NCBI RefSeq assembly: GCF_000422865.1
Contig: NZ_AUGW01000012.1
Span: forward strand, 70,280 to 102,279
Length of the DNA stretch: 32,000 nucleotides
DNA from: Oceanospirillum maris DSM 6286
Lineage (GTDB): Bacteria > Pseudomonadota > Gammaproteobacteria > Pseudomonadales > Halomonadaceae
Direction: 5' to 3'
A model generated the notes under the pieces. It was given only the letters and a program-made list of their open reading frames with translations. It had not been told where the DNA came from and did not search any database. The position numbers and the translations under genes are program-made. Positions 16,939 through 24,463 of this stretch are shown one piece after another; within the stretch, counting starts at the first letter, position 1, and every line of letters starts with the position of its first letter.

Positions 16939-17622
16939 ATGACAGATATTGAGAAAAATCACGCCTCCTCCGGTATCGAAGCGCTTATCGAAAAACTGCG
17001 TCAAGAAGGTGTTGATAAAGGGCGTACCGAGGCTGACCAAATTCTGCGTGATGCAGAAAAAGAAGCAGAATTGCTTCTGCGCCAAGCGAAAGAAGAAGCT
17101 AATGCCATGGTCAGTAAGGCAAAGCGTGAGGTTGCACAGAAGCAGCAGGCCGGTGAGGACGCATTAAAAATGTCCGCCCGTGATCTTCTGCTTGATGTTA
17201 AAGAGAGCCTTGCCCGAAGCTTTACCGATCAGGTTGAACGCCTGATTGAACAACAGATGGATAATGAAGAGTTTGTGCGCCGCATGGTGTTAGAGCTTGT
17301 CGGTCGAACCAGCAAAGATGCGGGCTTAGACCAAGCAGAAAAACTTGATGTATTACTGCCTGAAAGCGTTATCGGTTTGGATGAGCTGCGCAAAAATGCT
17401 GACGAGTACAAAACAGGCCGTTTAAGCCAATTTGTACAGTCTTTATCCGTTGACCTACTCCGAGAGGGCGTAAACTTTAATACCCATAGCGGCTCCGGTA
17501 TTCGGGTTCGCTTGGTTGGTAAAGAAGTTGAAGTTGATCTAACGGATACCGCGGTTGCTAAATTATTACTGCGCCACCTGCAACCACGTTTCCGAGCACT
17601 GCTGGAAGGAGTAATCCGCTAG
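16939..17622 (+). CDS. ntpE: V/A-type ATPase subunit E (peripheral stalk)
   Basis: The N-terminal charged helix LIEKLRQEGVDKGRTEADQILRDAEKEAELLLRQAKEEA is typical of subunit E, as is the C-terminal globular part. The call also rests on the operon context. Confidence 0.75.
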   Translation: MTDIEKNHASSGIEALIEKLRQEGVDKGRTEADQILRDAEKEAELLLRQAKEEANAMVSKAKREVAQKQQAGEDALKMSARDLLLDVKESLARSFTDQVERLIEQQMDNEEFVRRMVLELVGRTSKDAGLDQAEKLDVLLPESVIGLDELRKNADEYKTGRLSQFVQSLSVDLLREGVNFNTHSGSGIRVRLVGKEVEVDLTDTAVAKLLLRHLQPRFRALLEGVIR

Positions 17623-18317
17623 TGAGCTACTATACTCTGGTGACCGCACTGCCGGATCTTCCACCTCTGGCAAAATGTAAGCAGCTACCGATCTCCAGAA
17701 TCGCATTGGAACGTCGGCTGACCATGCTCGAAGAGGAAGACCTTAAGCTGCTGCGATTAGCAGAAAGCCTCTATCACTTTGGCGAGGATCAGCAAAAAAA
17801 TTTCTCCGATCAGAAGCGGGTATATCAGTGGCAATCTCAGCTGCAAAAAGTTCATTCACCAGAAATACGGCGCTGTATCGAATTACGGTTAGAGTGGCAA
17901 AGCCTGTTGGCCGCGCTTCGCCAACGGCAGCAAGGCGACAAAGGCCCCGAGCATTTCTTTGGCCTAGGTCGCTGGACAGCCCGTATTCGTCAGCATTGGC
18001 ATGAGCCAGCTTTTGGCCTAGAAAATGCCCTTCCTTTGTTGAATGAGCTACAGCCACTGATGCAAAAAGGTGCCGCTGGTGAAGTGGAAAAGCAGATCAA
18101 CACATGGCTTTGGCAAAACTTGATACAGGTTGAACGCAGTCACGCCTTTACATTAGAAACGGTTATCTGCTTTGTTTTGCGCTGGGGTATCGCGGAAAAA
18201 CAGATCCGTAATGATGCCGATCAAGCACTAGAAGCCTTTGAATCTATGGCTGACGCACTTATTTCTGCTCCTGTCATCAAGGAACACATAGAATCAGCCT
18301 TTGAGGAACTCTCCTAA
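17622..18317 (+). CDS. V-ATPase-associated protein, DUF2764-like (candidate substitute for the C/d subunit)
   Basis: The N-terminus MSYYTLVTALPDLPPL resembles the YY.L.S.LP.L start I recall for DUF2764 proteins. Those sit between atpE and atpA in Bacteroidetes/Chlamydiae V-ATPase operons, and this gene occupies the same E-X-A position. It shares 1 nt with each neighbouring gene. Confidence 0.5.
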   Translation: MSYYTLVTALPDLPPLAKCKQLPISRIALERRLTMLEEEDLKLLRLAESLYHFGEDQQKNFSDQKRVYQWQSQLQKVHSPEIRRCIELRLEWQSLLAALRQRQQGDKGPEHFFGLGRWTARIRQHWHEPAFGLENALPLLNELQPLMQKGAAGEVEKQINTWLWQNLIQVERSHAFTLETVICFVLRWGIAEKQIRNDADQALEAFESMADALISAPVIKEHIESAFEELS

Positions 18318-20173
18318 TGAAGGATGTACAGATTACAGCACGCGTTATTGGTGTGCGAGATGATATCGTTACCCTACGGTTGGAAAAGGATGAACAAGGC
18401 ACGTTTTACCCACTGACTAAAAATGAAGTGGTTTATATCTGCCCGTCTCGTACCCCCGAGGATAACCGCCAAGAATATCTTCAAGCCGAGGTACTTCGGG
18501 TACGTCACGGTGAAGCCGATGTTCAGGTTTTTGAAAATACCCGTGGCGTTGCGATTGGTGATCCTATTCGCCAGTCCGGCCAAATGCTTTCGGTGACACT
18601 AGGCCCAGGTTTACTCGGCCAAGTGTATGATGGCCTGCAAAATCCACTTGAGATTATTGCCGGTCAGCATGGTTTCTTTCTGCCTCGCGGTCTTCAGGTA
18701 GAAGGTATTGATAGCCAAAAGCAGTGGGCTTTTCAGCCTACGGTAAAAGTTGGTGCAATACTAAAAGCAGGCGATCCGCTTGGTCATGTACAAGAAGGTC
18801 GTTTTAAGCACAAGATTATGGTGCCATTTAACCAAATGGGTGATGTTGAGGTCACTTGGATTCAAGAAGGCACCTTCTCAACAACAACGCCTATAGCCCG
18901 CATCAAAGATCATAAAGGCAAAGAACATGAACTGACCATGCAGCAGAAGTGGCCCGTGCGGATTCCTGTTTGCCAGCCTTTATTGGCAAAACGCTACAGT
19001 CAGCGTGAATACCCTGAGCAGCCTCTTTTAACATCCATTCGTCTTATTGATACCTTTTTCCCTATCGCAAAAGGGGGAACCGCGTGTATTCCTGGGCCAT
19101 TTGGAGCAGGTAAGACGGTATTACAAGGGCTAATCTCACGCTTTTCTGATGTTGATATCGTCATTATTGTCGCCTGCGGCGAGCGCGCCGGTGAAGTAGT
19201 TGAAACCATTACAGAATTCCCTGCCCTGCCAGATCCTAAAGGGGGCACCTTGATGGATCGAACCATCATTATCTGTAATACATCATCCATGCCCGTTGCA
19301 GCCCGTGAAGCCTCTATCTATACCGGTATTACACTCAGCGAGTATTACCGCCAAATGGGCTACAACGCACTACTGATTGCCGATTCGACCTCCCGTTGGG
19401 CCCAGGCGATGCGGGAAACATCCGGTCGTTTAGAAGAGATTCCTGGAGAAGAAGCGTTCCCCGCCTACCTTGATTCTTCGGTTAAAAGCCTCTATGAACG
19501 CGCCGGTCTGATTCGCAATAACGAAGGCCAACAAGGTAGCTTAACGCTAATCGGTACGGTATCACCGGCGGGGGGTAACTTTGAGGAGCCCGTCACGCAA
19601 TCAACCCTACGAACGGTGAAAACCTTCCTAGGTTTAAGTGCGGATCGAGCTTACAAACGTGCCTATCCCGCCGTTGATCCGCTGATCTCTTGGTCTCGTT
19701 ATCTTGATCAGCTGAGCAACTGGTACGGTGAGAACCTTGATGCTGAATGGGTCGATGATGTCCGCCTGATGCAAAAGCTGTTAACTCAAGGCGAAGAGAT
19801 TCAACAGATGATGCAAGTGACCGGTGAAGAGGGCGTCACGTTAAATGACTTCTTAACCTTTAACCGTTCCCAGTGTCTCGATCAGGTGTATCTGCAGCAA
19901 GATGCTTTTGATGACGTGGATGCTTCAACGTCCATGAAGCGTCAAATGCGCGTCTTCCGTTTATTAAAGAGCTGCCTGTTTGATCACCCTAAAATGGATA
20001 ACAAAGATGCTATCCGTGAGCACTTTACTAAGCTGGCAGGTTTCTTCCGTAACCTTAACTACAGCCATGAAGATGGCCCAGATTTTAAGCGTTACTGGAA
20101 AGAGATCCACCTGCTGACTCAGCTTCCTCTCGATGAAGATGTCCTTTCTGAAGGTACTATTTCAGAAGACTAG
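18317..20173 (+). CDS. ntpA: V/A-type ATPase catalytic subunit A
   Basis: Walker A GPFGAGKTV is present, along with the V/A-type-specific non-homologous insert upstream of it. Further matches are ...IIVACGERAGEV..., SRWAQAMRE, SPAGGNFEEPVTQ and LDxxLAxxRxYPAVDPLxS. The protein is 618 aa. Confidence 0.92.
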   Translation: MKDVQITARVIGVRDDIVTLRLEKDEQGTFYPLTKNEVVYICPSRTPEDNRQEYLQAEVLRVRHGEADVQVFENTRGVAIGDPIRQSGQMLSVTLGPGLLGQVYDGLQNPLEIIAGQHGFFLPRGLQVEGIDSQKQWAFQPTVKVGAILKAGDPLGHVQEGRFKHKIMVPFNQMGDVEVTWIQEGTFSTTTPIARIKDHKGKEHELTMQQKWPVRIPVCQPLLAKRYSQREYPEQPLLTSIRLIDTFFPIAKGGTACIPGPFGAGKTVLQGLISRFSDVDIVIIVACGERAGEVVETITEFPALPDPKGGTLMDRTIIICNTSSMPVAAREASIYTGITLSEYYRQMGYNALLIADSTSRWAQAMRETSGRLEEIPGEEAFPAYLDSSVKSLYERAGLIRNNEGQQGSLTLIGTVSPAGGNFEEPVTQSTLRTVKTFLGLSADRAYKRAYPAVDPLISWSRYLDQLSNWYGENLDAEWVDDVRLMQKLLTQGEEIQQMMQVTGEEGVTLNDFLTFNRSQCLDQVYLQQDAFDDVDASTSMKRQMRVFRLLKSCLFDHPKMDNKDAIREHFTKLAGFFRNLNYSHEDGPDFKRYWKEIHLLTQLPLDEDVLSEGTISED

Positions 20174-20210
20174 ATGCTAATCCTTTCTAAATTAAACACT
20201 TAGCATCCTC

Positions 20211-20230
20211 CCTGCCCCAAGGGGCGGGGA
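20211..20230 (+). terminator. GC-rich hairpin 38 nt after ntpA (terminator-like, no U-tract)
   Basis: CCCTGCCCC-AA-GGGGCGGGG forms a 9-bp stem with one G-U pair. No T-run follows, so intrinsic termination is uncertain. Confidence 0.45.
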
Positions 20231-20374
20231 CTCCAGCATAGAATAACCCCATACTGCGCCTATATACCCCTCTGCTATATTTAAATCTTAAAACTGAACC
20301 CCATTAAAACTGAATCATATTTAAAATGAGGTATATTCAAGGTCAGGTATATTGAAAGCTAAACCGTATTTAAA

Positions 20375-21793
20375 GTGAAGGAGTGCCTTTTGGTCAGCCG
20401 CTATCTGAAACGTGCCGGAAATCAGCTATTGCAAGAGGTTGAAAACCTGCACCTTAGTAAACGTCATCGTATGGGTGTCACTGGTTTTTCCCGAGCAGGA
20501 AAAACGGTGTTAATCACACAGTTAACCCATAGCCTGTTACGGGTACAGGAGCCTTTACCATCGGGGATGAAAAAACATCCGTTATCGGGTTTAGATCTAT
20601 TCGATGCAGGGATGCTCAAACCTGCCCGTCTAAAAGAAGATCGACTAGCCCGTCGAAGTCAGTTTGATTTCTTCCGCCATAGAGATAGTTTAATGGGGCA
20701 GGGCCAATGGCCAGAGGCCACACAGGACCTAACTTGGCTCGATTTAGAAATTAAACGCTCTGAAAAAAATCAACCTTGGCAGCAGTGGCTTTCTGCTCCA
20801 ACGTTACATTTAGAGATTATGGATTTTCCCGGTGAATGGCTGGCCGATCTAGCGTTATTTGAACAAACCTTTGCCCAATGGTCTCAAGACGCATGGGACC
20901 TTGCGTTACAACCCCATCGCGAGAAACTCAGCGAACCCTTCCGCTTACTACTGGCAGAAGCAGCAGGACAAGGCCAAGACACAATACCTGACGCTTTACA
21001 GCGTAAACTGGTCGATGCATGGAAGGATTATCTACAGGCAGCTCGTGCAGAGGGCTTTGTTCTGAATCAACCCAGCCGACTCTTAATGCCCGGGCAGATG
21101 CAAAACTTCTCCATGCTTAGCTTTTTTCCTGTACCTGAAGCGATCCAGCTGCCAAAGCTACAAAAGCACTTAAGCCAAGTTTATGATGTTTACAAAAAAG
21201 AGGTGGAATCACGCTTAGGGCAGCATTTCCGCCATCTAGACAGCCAAATTATTCTCGTTGATCTGCTCTCAGCACTGGAGCAAGGAGAGGCGGCTTTACA
21301 TGAGCTTCAACAGGCGATGCAGTCGGCCCTGCGCTTTTTCCGATATGGCAACCAACGTGGCGTTATGCAGTGGTTATCCCGAAAAATTAACCGTGTTGTG
21401 TTTGCGGCAACTAAAGCTGATCAACTGGTTTTATCGGAACGACTTCGGCTAGAAAAGCTACTGGGGGCATTACTTAATGAGATTGACCCCGGCAACGATA
21501 TCCGCGCCCGAGCGGAGGTTCAGTATCGGGCGATTGCTGCCCTTGAAACCACGCAAAGCTTGATTGATGACCAAGGTCAGGAGTACCTACTAGGGCAAGA
21601 AGCCGACGGCCGCTGCCAGCCTTATTATTCAGGCCGTGTGCCCGATACTCTGCCGATCGACTGGGCAACACTACCTGAGCAACTGCAGGTCAAACATTGG
21701 GCACCCTTAGCCCAAACCGCCAACGCCAATCAACTGCTCCCTGCTTATCAGTTGGGCCGTGTTTTAAATGATTTGCTGAAGGATGATCTCTGA
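20375..21793 (+). CDS. ycjX: YcjX-family P-loop NTPase (DUF463)
   Basis: RMGVTGFSRAGKTVLITQL matches the YcjX Walker A context (E. coli RLAVTGLSRSGKT). The ~470-aa length fits, and ycjF follows. The alternative start TTG at 20390 lies 6 nt after an AAGGAG. Confidence 0.8.
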   Translation: MKECLLVSRYLKRAGNQLLQEVENLHLSKRHRMGVTGFSRAGKTVLITQLTHSLLRVQEPLPSGMKKHPLSGLDLFDAGMLKPARLKEDRLARRSQFDFFRHRDSLMGQGQWPEATQDLTWLDLEIKRSEKNQPWQQWLSAPTLHLEIMDFPGEWLADLALFEQTFAQWSQDAWDLALQPHREKLSEPFRLLLAEAAGQGQDTIPDALQRKLVDAWKDYLQAARAEGFVLNQPSRLLMPGQMQNFSMLSFFPVPEAIQLPKLQKHLSQVYDVYKKEVESRLGQHFRHLDSQIILVDLLSALEQGEAALHELQQAMQSALRFFRYGNQRGVMQWLSRKINRVVFAATKADQLVLSERLRLEKLLGALLNEIDPGNDIRARAEVQYRAIAALETTQSLIDDQGQEYLLGQEADGRCQPYYSGRVPDTLPIDWATLPEQLQVKHWAPLAQTANANQLLPAYQLGRVLNDLLKDDL

Positions 21794-22809
21794 TGACTCA
21801 AAAACCTGGCTATATACAAACCTCTAATACTTCTCCTGAAACGGATAGCCCCAATGCTCAGCAGGCTAACAGCCATTCGGAAGAAAATGCTCAGCGCGCC
21901 CCCGGTTATGCCGAGAAAACCGTAGCACCAACCCTAAAAAAGCAAGAAAACGACCCTTCTGATGCAGATGCATCAACGGCTGATCCCTTTAAAGCCGCCT
22001 ATGAGACAGAGGCATCATTATTAAACGGGCCTGTAGAAAAATTTGGCGGCATTAGCGCCAGTTTATTAACCACAGCAGGGTTATTATTATTTTTCATGCT
22101 GCTCAATGAGCTGTTGGCTTTATGGCAAGTACATTGGTTAATAGGTAGTGCTGCTAGCCTACTAATGGGGTTTGTTTTACTGGGCTTACTTCGGATTTGG
22201 CGACAAGAGCGTAAAGCCGCCGATGAGATAGAACAGCTGAAAGAAGGGCAGCAGGCGGTACAACATGCCCTGCAACATCAAGATTTAACCGCCCTTAAGT
22301 CTGCCCTAAAGCCGTGGCTGGACCGCCAAGCCAAGGTAGCACCAGAGTTGTTAAGTCGATTTAAAGCAGCGGCTCAAGAGCGCTCTACTGCGCAAGAGTA
22401 TTGGCAGCTTTATCAGTTGATGGTACTTCGCGTCCTGGATAAGCAAGCCCAGCGTATTATTCGACACTACACCCTAACAACCAGTACCGCAGTGATGGTG
22501 ATTCCCCATGCAGGGCTAGATACACTGGTATTGCTCTGGCGCTCCCGCGCGATGACACGAGCCATTGCCCGAGTTTATGGATTAGAAACAACAAGTCTTA
22601 GTGCGCTTAGATTGTTTAAACAAGCACTGATCACGGTAATGGTTGTTGCAGGCATTGAAACCTTAGCGCAGGAAAAGTTATTAAGTGAAGGCAGTGACGA
22701 ACTGATGAACCGTATTCTAGGTGGCGTTTCGCAATCACTTTTAACGGTTCGTCGAACCTATAAGTTAGGGAAAATGATTCAACTGGCCTGTAGGCCTTAT
22801 GGTCGCTAA
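21793..22809 (+). CDS. ycjF: YcjF-family inner-membrane protein (UPF0283/DUF697)
   Basis: A hydrophilic N-terminus is followed by two adjacent TM helices (LLTTAGLLLFFMLLNELLALW / IGSAASLLMGFVLLGLL) and then a DUF697-like C-terminal region. The ATG overlaps the ycjX stop (TGATG). ycjX-ycjF is a conserved pair. Confidence 0.75.
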   Translation: MTQKPGYIQTSNTSPETDSPNAQQANSHSEENAQRAPGYAEKTVAPTLKKQENDPSDADASTADPFKAAYETEASLLNGPVEKFGGISASLLTTAGLLLFFMLLNELLALWQVHWLIGSAASLLMGFVLLGLLRIWRQERKAADEIEQLKEGQQAVQHALQHQDLTALKSALKPWLDRQAKVAPELLSRFKAAAQERSTAQEYWQLYQLMVLRVLDKQAQRIIRHYTLTTSTAVMVIPHAGLDTLVLLWRSRAMTRAIARVYGLETTSLSALRLFKQALITVMVVAGIETLAQEKLLSEGSDELMNRILGGVSQSLLTVRRTYKLGKMIQLACRPYGR

Positions 22810-22858
22810 GATCATTCCGTTATAGGCCGATTCTGTTCACTACTACAGCGGGTATCGT

Positions 22859-23302
22859 CTACGCCATCGCTCTATTTAGGCTTCTCATATTATTGGTTTG
22901 GGCAATAACATTTTGCTTTATCGTCGTTGACGATGTTCGAGAATTATAAAGAACTTGCTTGATCTGCTTACCCGCAGATTTAAGATAAGATTCTACCGCC
23001 AAATTATGAGAAGCTTTGCCCCAGTCCTCCCCAATCACAAAGATATCAACATCCAACGCCTTACAGCCTGATACATACTCAAGTTCGTCATAGGAGCGCA
23101 CAATATCAACACAGCGTAAGGCTCTTAGCATCTCCATACGCTGTTCAAGAGGAATAACAGGCACATTAGGCTTGTAGGAGTTTACAACGCGATCCGATGC
23201 GACACCTACAGCCAAAATGCCCCCTAATGATTTGCAGTACTCTAATAAAGCTAAGTGCCCTACATGTAATAGATCAAATGTTCCTACAGTATATACAACC
23301 AT
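22859..23302 (-). CDS. Small cytidylyltransferase of the TagD/CTP-transferase family (glycerol-3-phosphate cytidylyltransferase-like)
   Basis: The HxGH motif is present in YTVGTFDLLHVGH, and RTSSTTIKQ matches TagD RTEGISTTKIK. The 147-aa length fits. Confidence 0.75.
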   Translation of the reverse strand: MVVYTVGTFDLLHVGHLALLEYCKSLGGILAVGVASDRVVNSYKPNVPVIPLEQRMEMLRALRCVDIVRSYDELEYVSGCKALDVDIFVIGEDWGKASHNLAVESYLKSAGKQIKQVLYNSRTSSTTIKQNVIAQTNNMRSLNRAMA

Positions 23303-23368
23303 ATTTTATCCTGTTTCAGAAATTGAATAACAAAAGCCACCAGAAAACTCAAAATTTATTGAAAATGG

Positions 23369-24016
23369 CTAAATAAGTTTCCAAATATAAATACCTGTTA
23401 TCCCAAGGGTATAAAATGCTAACAGGAAAACATTTCTTGGATTGCCAGAAAGTTTGGGGGTTTTAATTTGAGAGACATTGAGCGTAGCGAGAACCAGAGC
23501 ACTTATATAGAAAACAATTGTAAATATATTATCGGGAATAATGCTTTCTAAAAGAAAGATAAAAACCAAAATGATATTATTATTATCCAGCGCTAATCCT
23601 GTATATTGAGACTCACCGGACAGACCAAAGGTACTAAAGTAGCTTAATCGTATGGCCGCCGCAGCTAAAACAACAAAGGCAACAGGTAGAAACAGAGGAT
23701 CAAACGCCCCAAAGCTCAATAAAAGAACCGCAGGAGCAACCCCGTAACTTACAATATCAATGACCAGATCAAGTTGCCCGCCAAAAATACGATCACTGCC
23801 AGTTCGGCCTTTCATTCTTCGTGCAACTAAACCGTCCGCCCAATCAAAGGCAACAGCCCAGATCATGCCAATCATTGCCGCGTAGTAAACGCCAATAATA
23901 CTGAAATAGATCGCTAATATTGTGCATGCTAATCCTGCTAACGAGCAGGCATTAGGAAGATCTCTCACGTAGGAAATAATAGCGGGCTGCGGTTCTTTCT
24001 CGATACCTGTAATCAT
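23369..24016 (-). CDS. CDP-alcohol phosphatidyltransferase family membrane protein (PssA/Pcs-like, divergent motif spacing)
   Basis: DWADGLVARRMKGRTGSDRIFGGQLDLVIDIVSYGVAPA reads as D-G-x2-A-R-x12-G-x3-D-x3-D, whereas the canonical spacing is x7-8. The protein is polytopic. I trimmed the start to the ATG at 24016, which has AGGAG upstream; the 62 upstream codons of the ORF track look non-coding. Confidence 0.7.
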   Translation of the reverse strand: MITGIEKEPQPAIISYVRDLPNACSLAGLACTILAIYFSIIGVYYAAMIGMIWAVAFDWADGLVARRMKGRTGSDRIFGGQLDLVIDIVSYGVAPAVLLLSFGAFDPLFLPVAFVVLAAAAIRLSYFSTFGLSGESQYTGLALDNNNIILVFIFLLESIIPDNIFTIVFYISALVLATLNVSQIKTPKLSGNPRNVFLLAFYTLGITGIYIWKLI

Positions 24017-24463
24017 GGTGCTCCTAACTAATAGGAATAAGTAAAAAAAAGGGCACGCCAGTTTTTCGCCAAAAACCATAAGCGATATCACTCTGTTAAA
24101 ACAGGATGACACTAAGATCTGACGGTTCTCATTAAGACTGAGAAATAAAAAATGGATGCTATGAATATGCTCTAATCGCAAGAAAGCGAATGAGAACATC
24201 AAATAAGGAGGATAGAGGCGTGTTAGCCAGTAGGCTCGATACAGGGATAATAATAAATTTAACTATACGCTTTATTTGTCAAACAAAAAAGGTGTTTTTA
24301 ATTAAAAAAACAAAAACAAACCACCGTCAAAAAACAATAGAGCAATAAGTAATACAAAAAATAATACAACCACAGTTTTTTTAACATTAAAATACTAAAA
24401 CAAAAACCCAGCAGAAAAGCACTTGTTTCATAATAAAAATATAAAAACCCGATTATTATTAAT

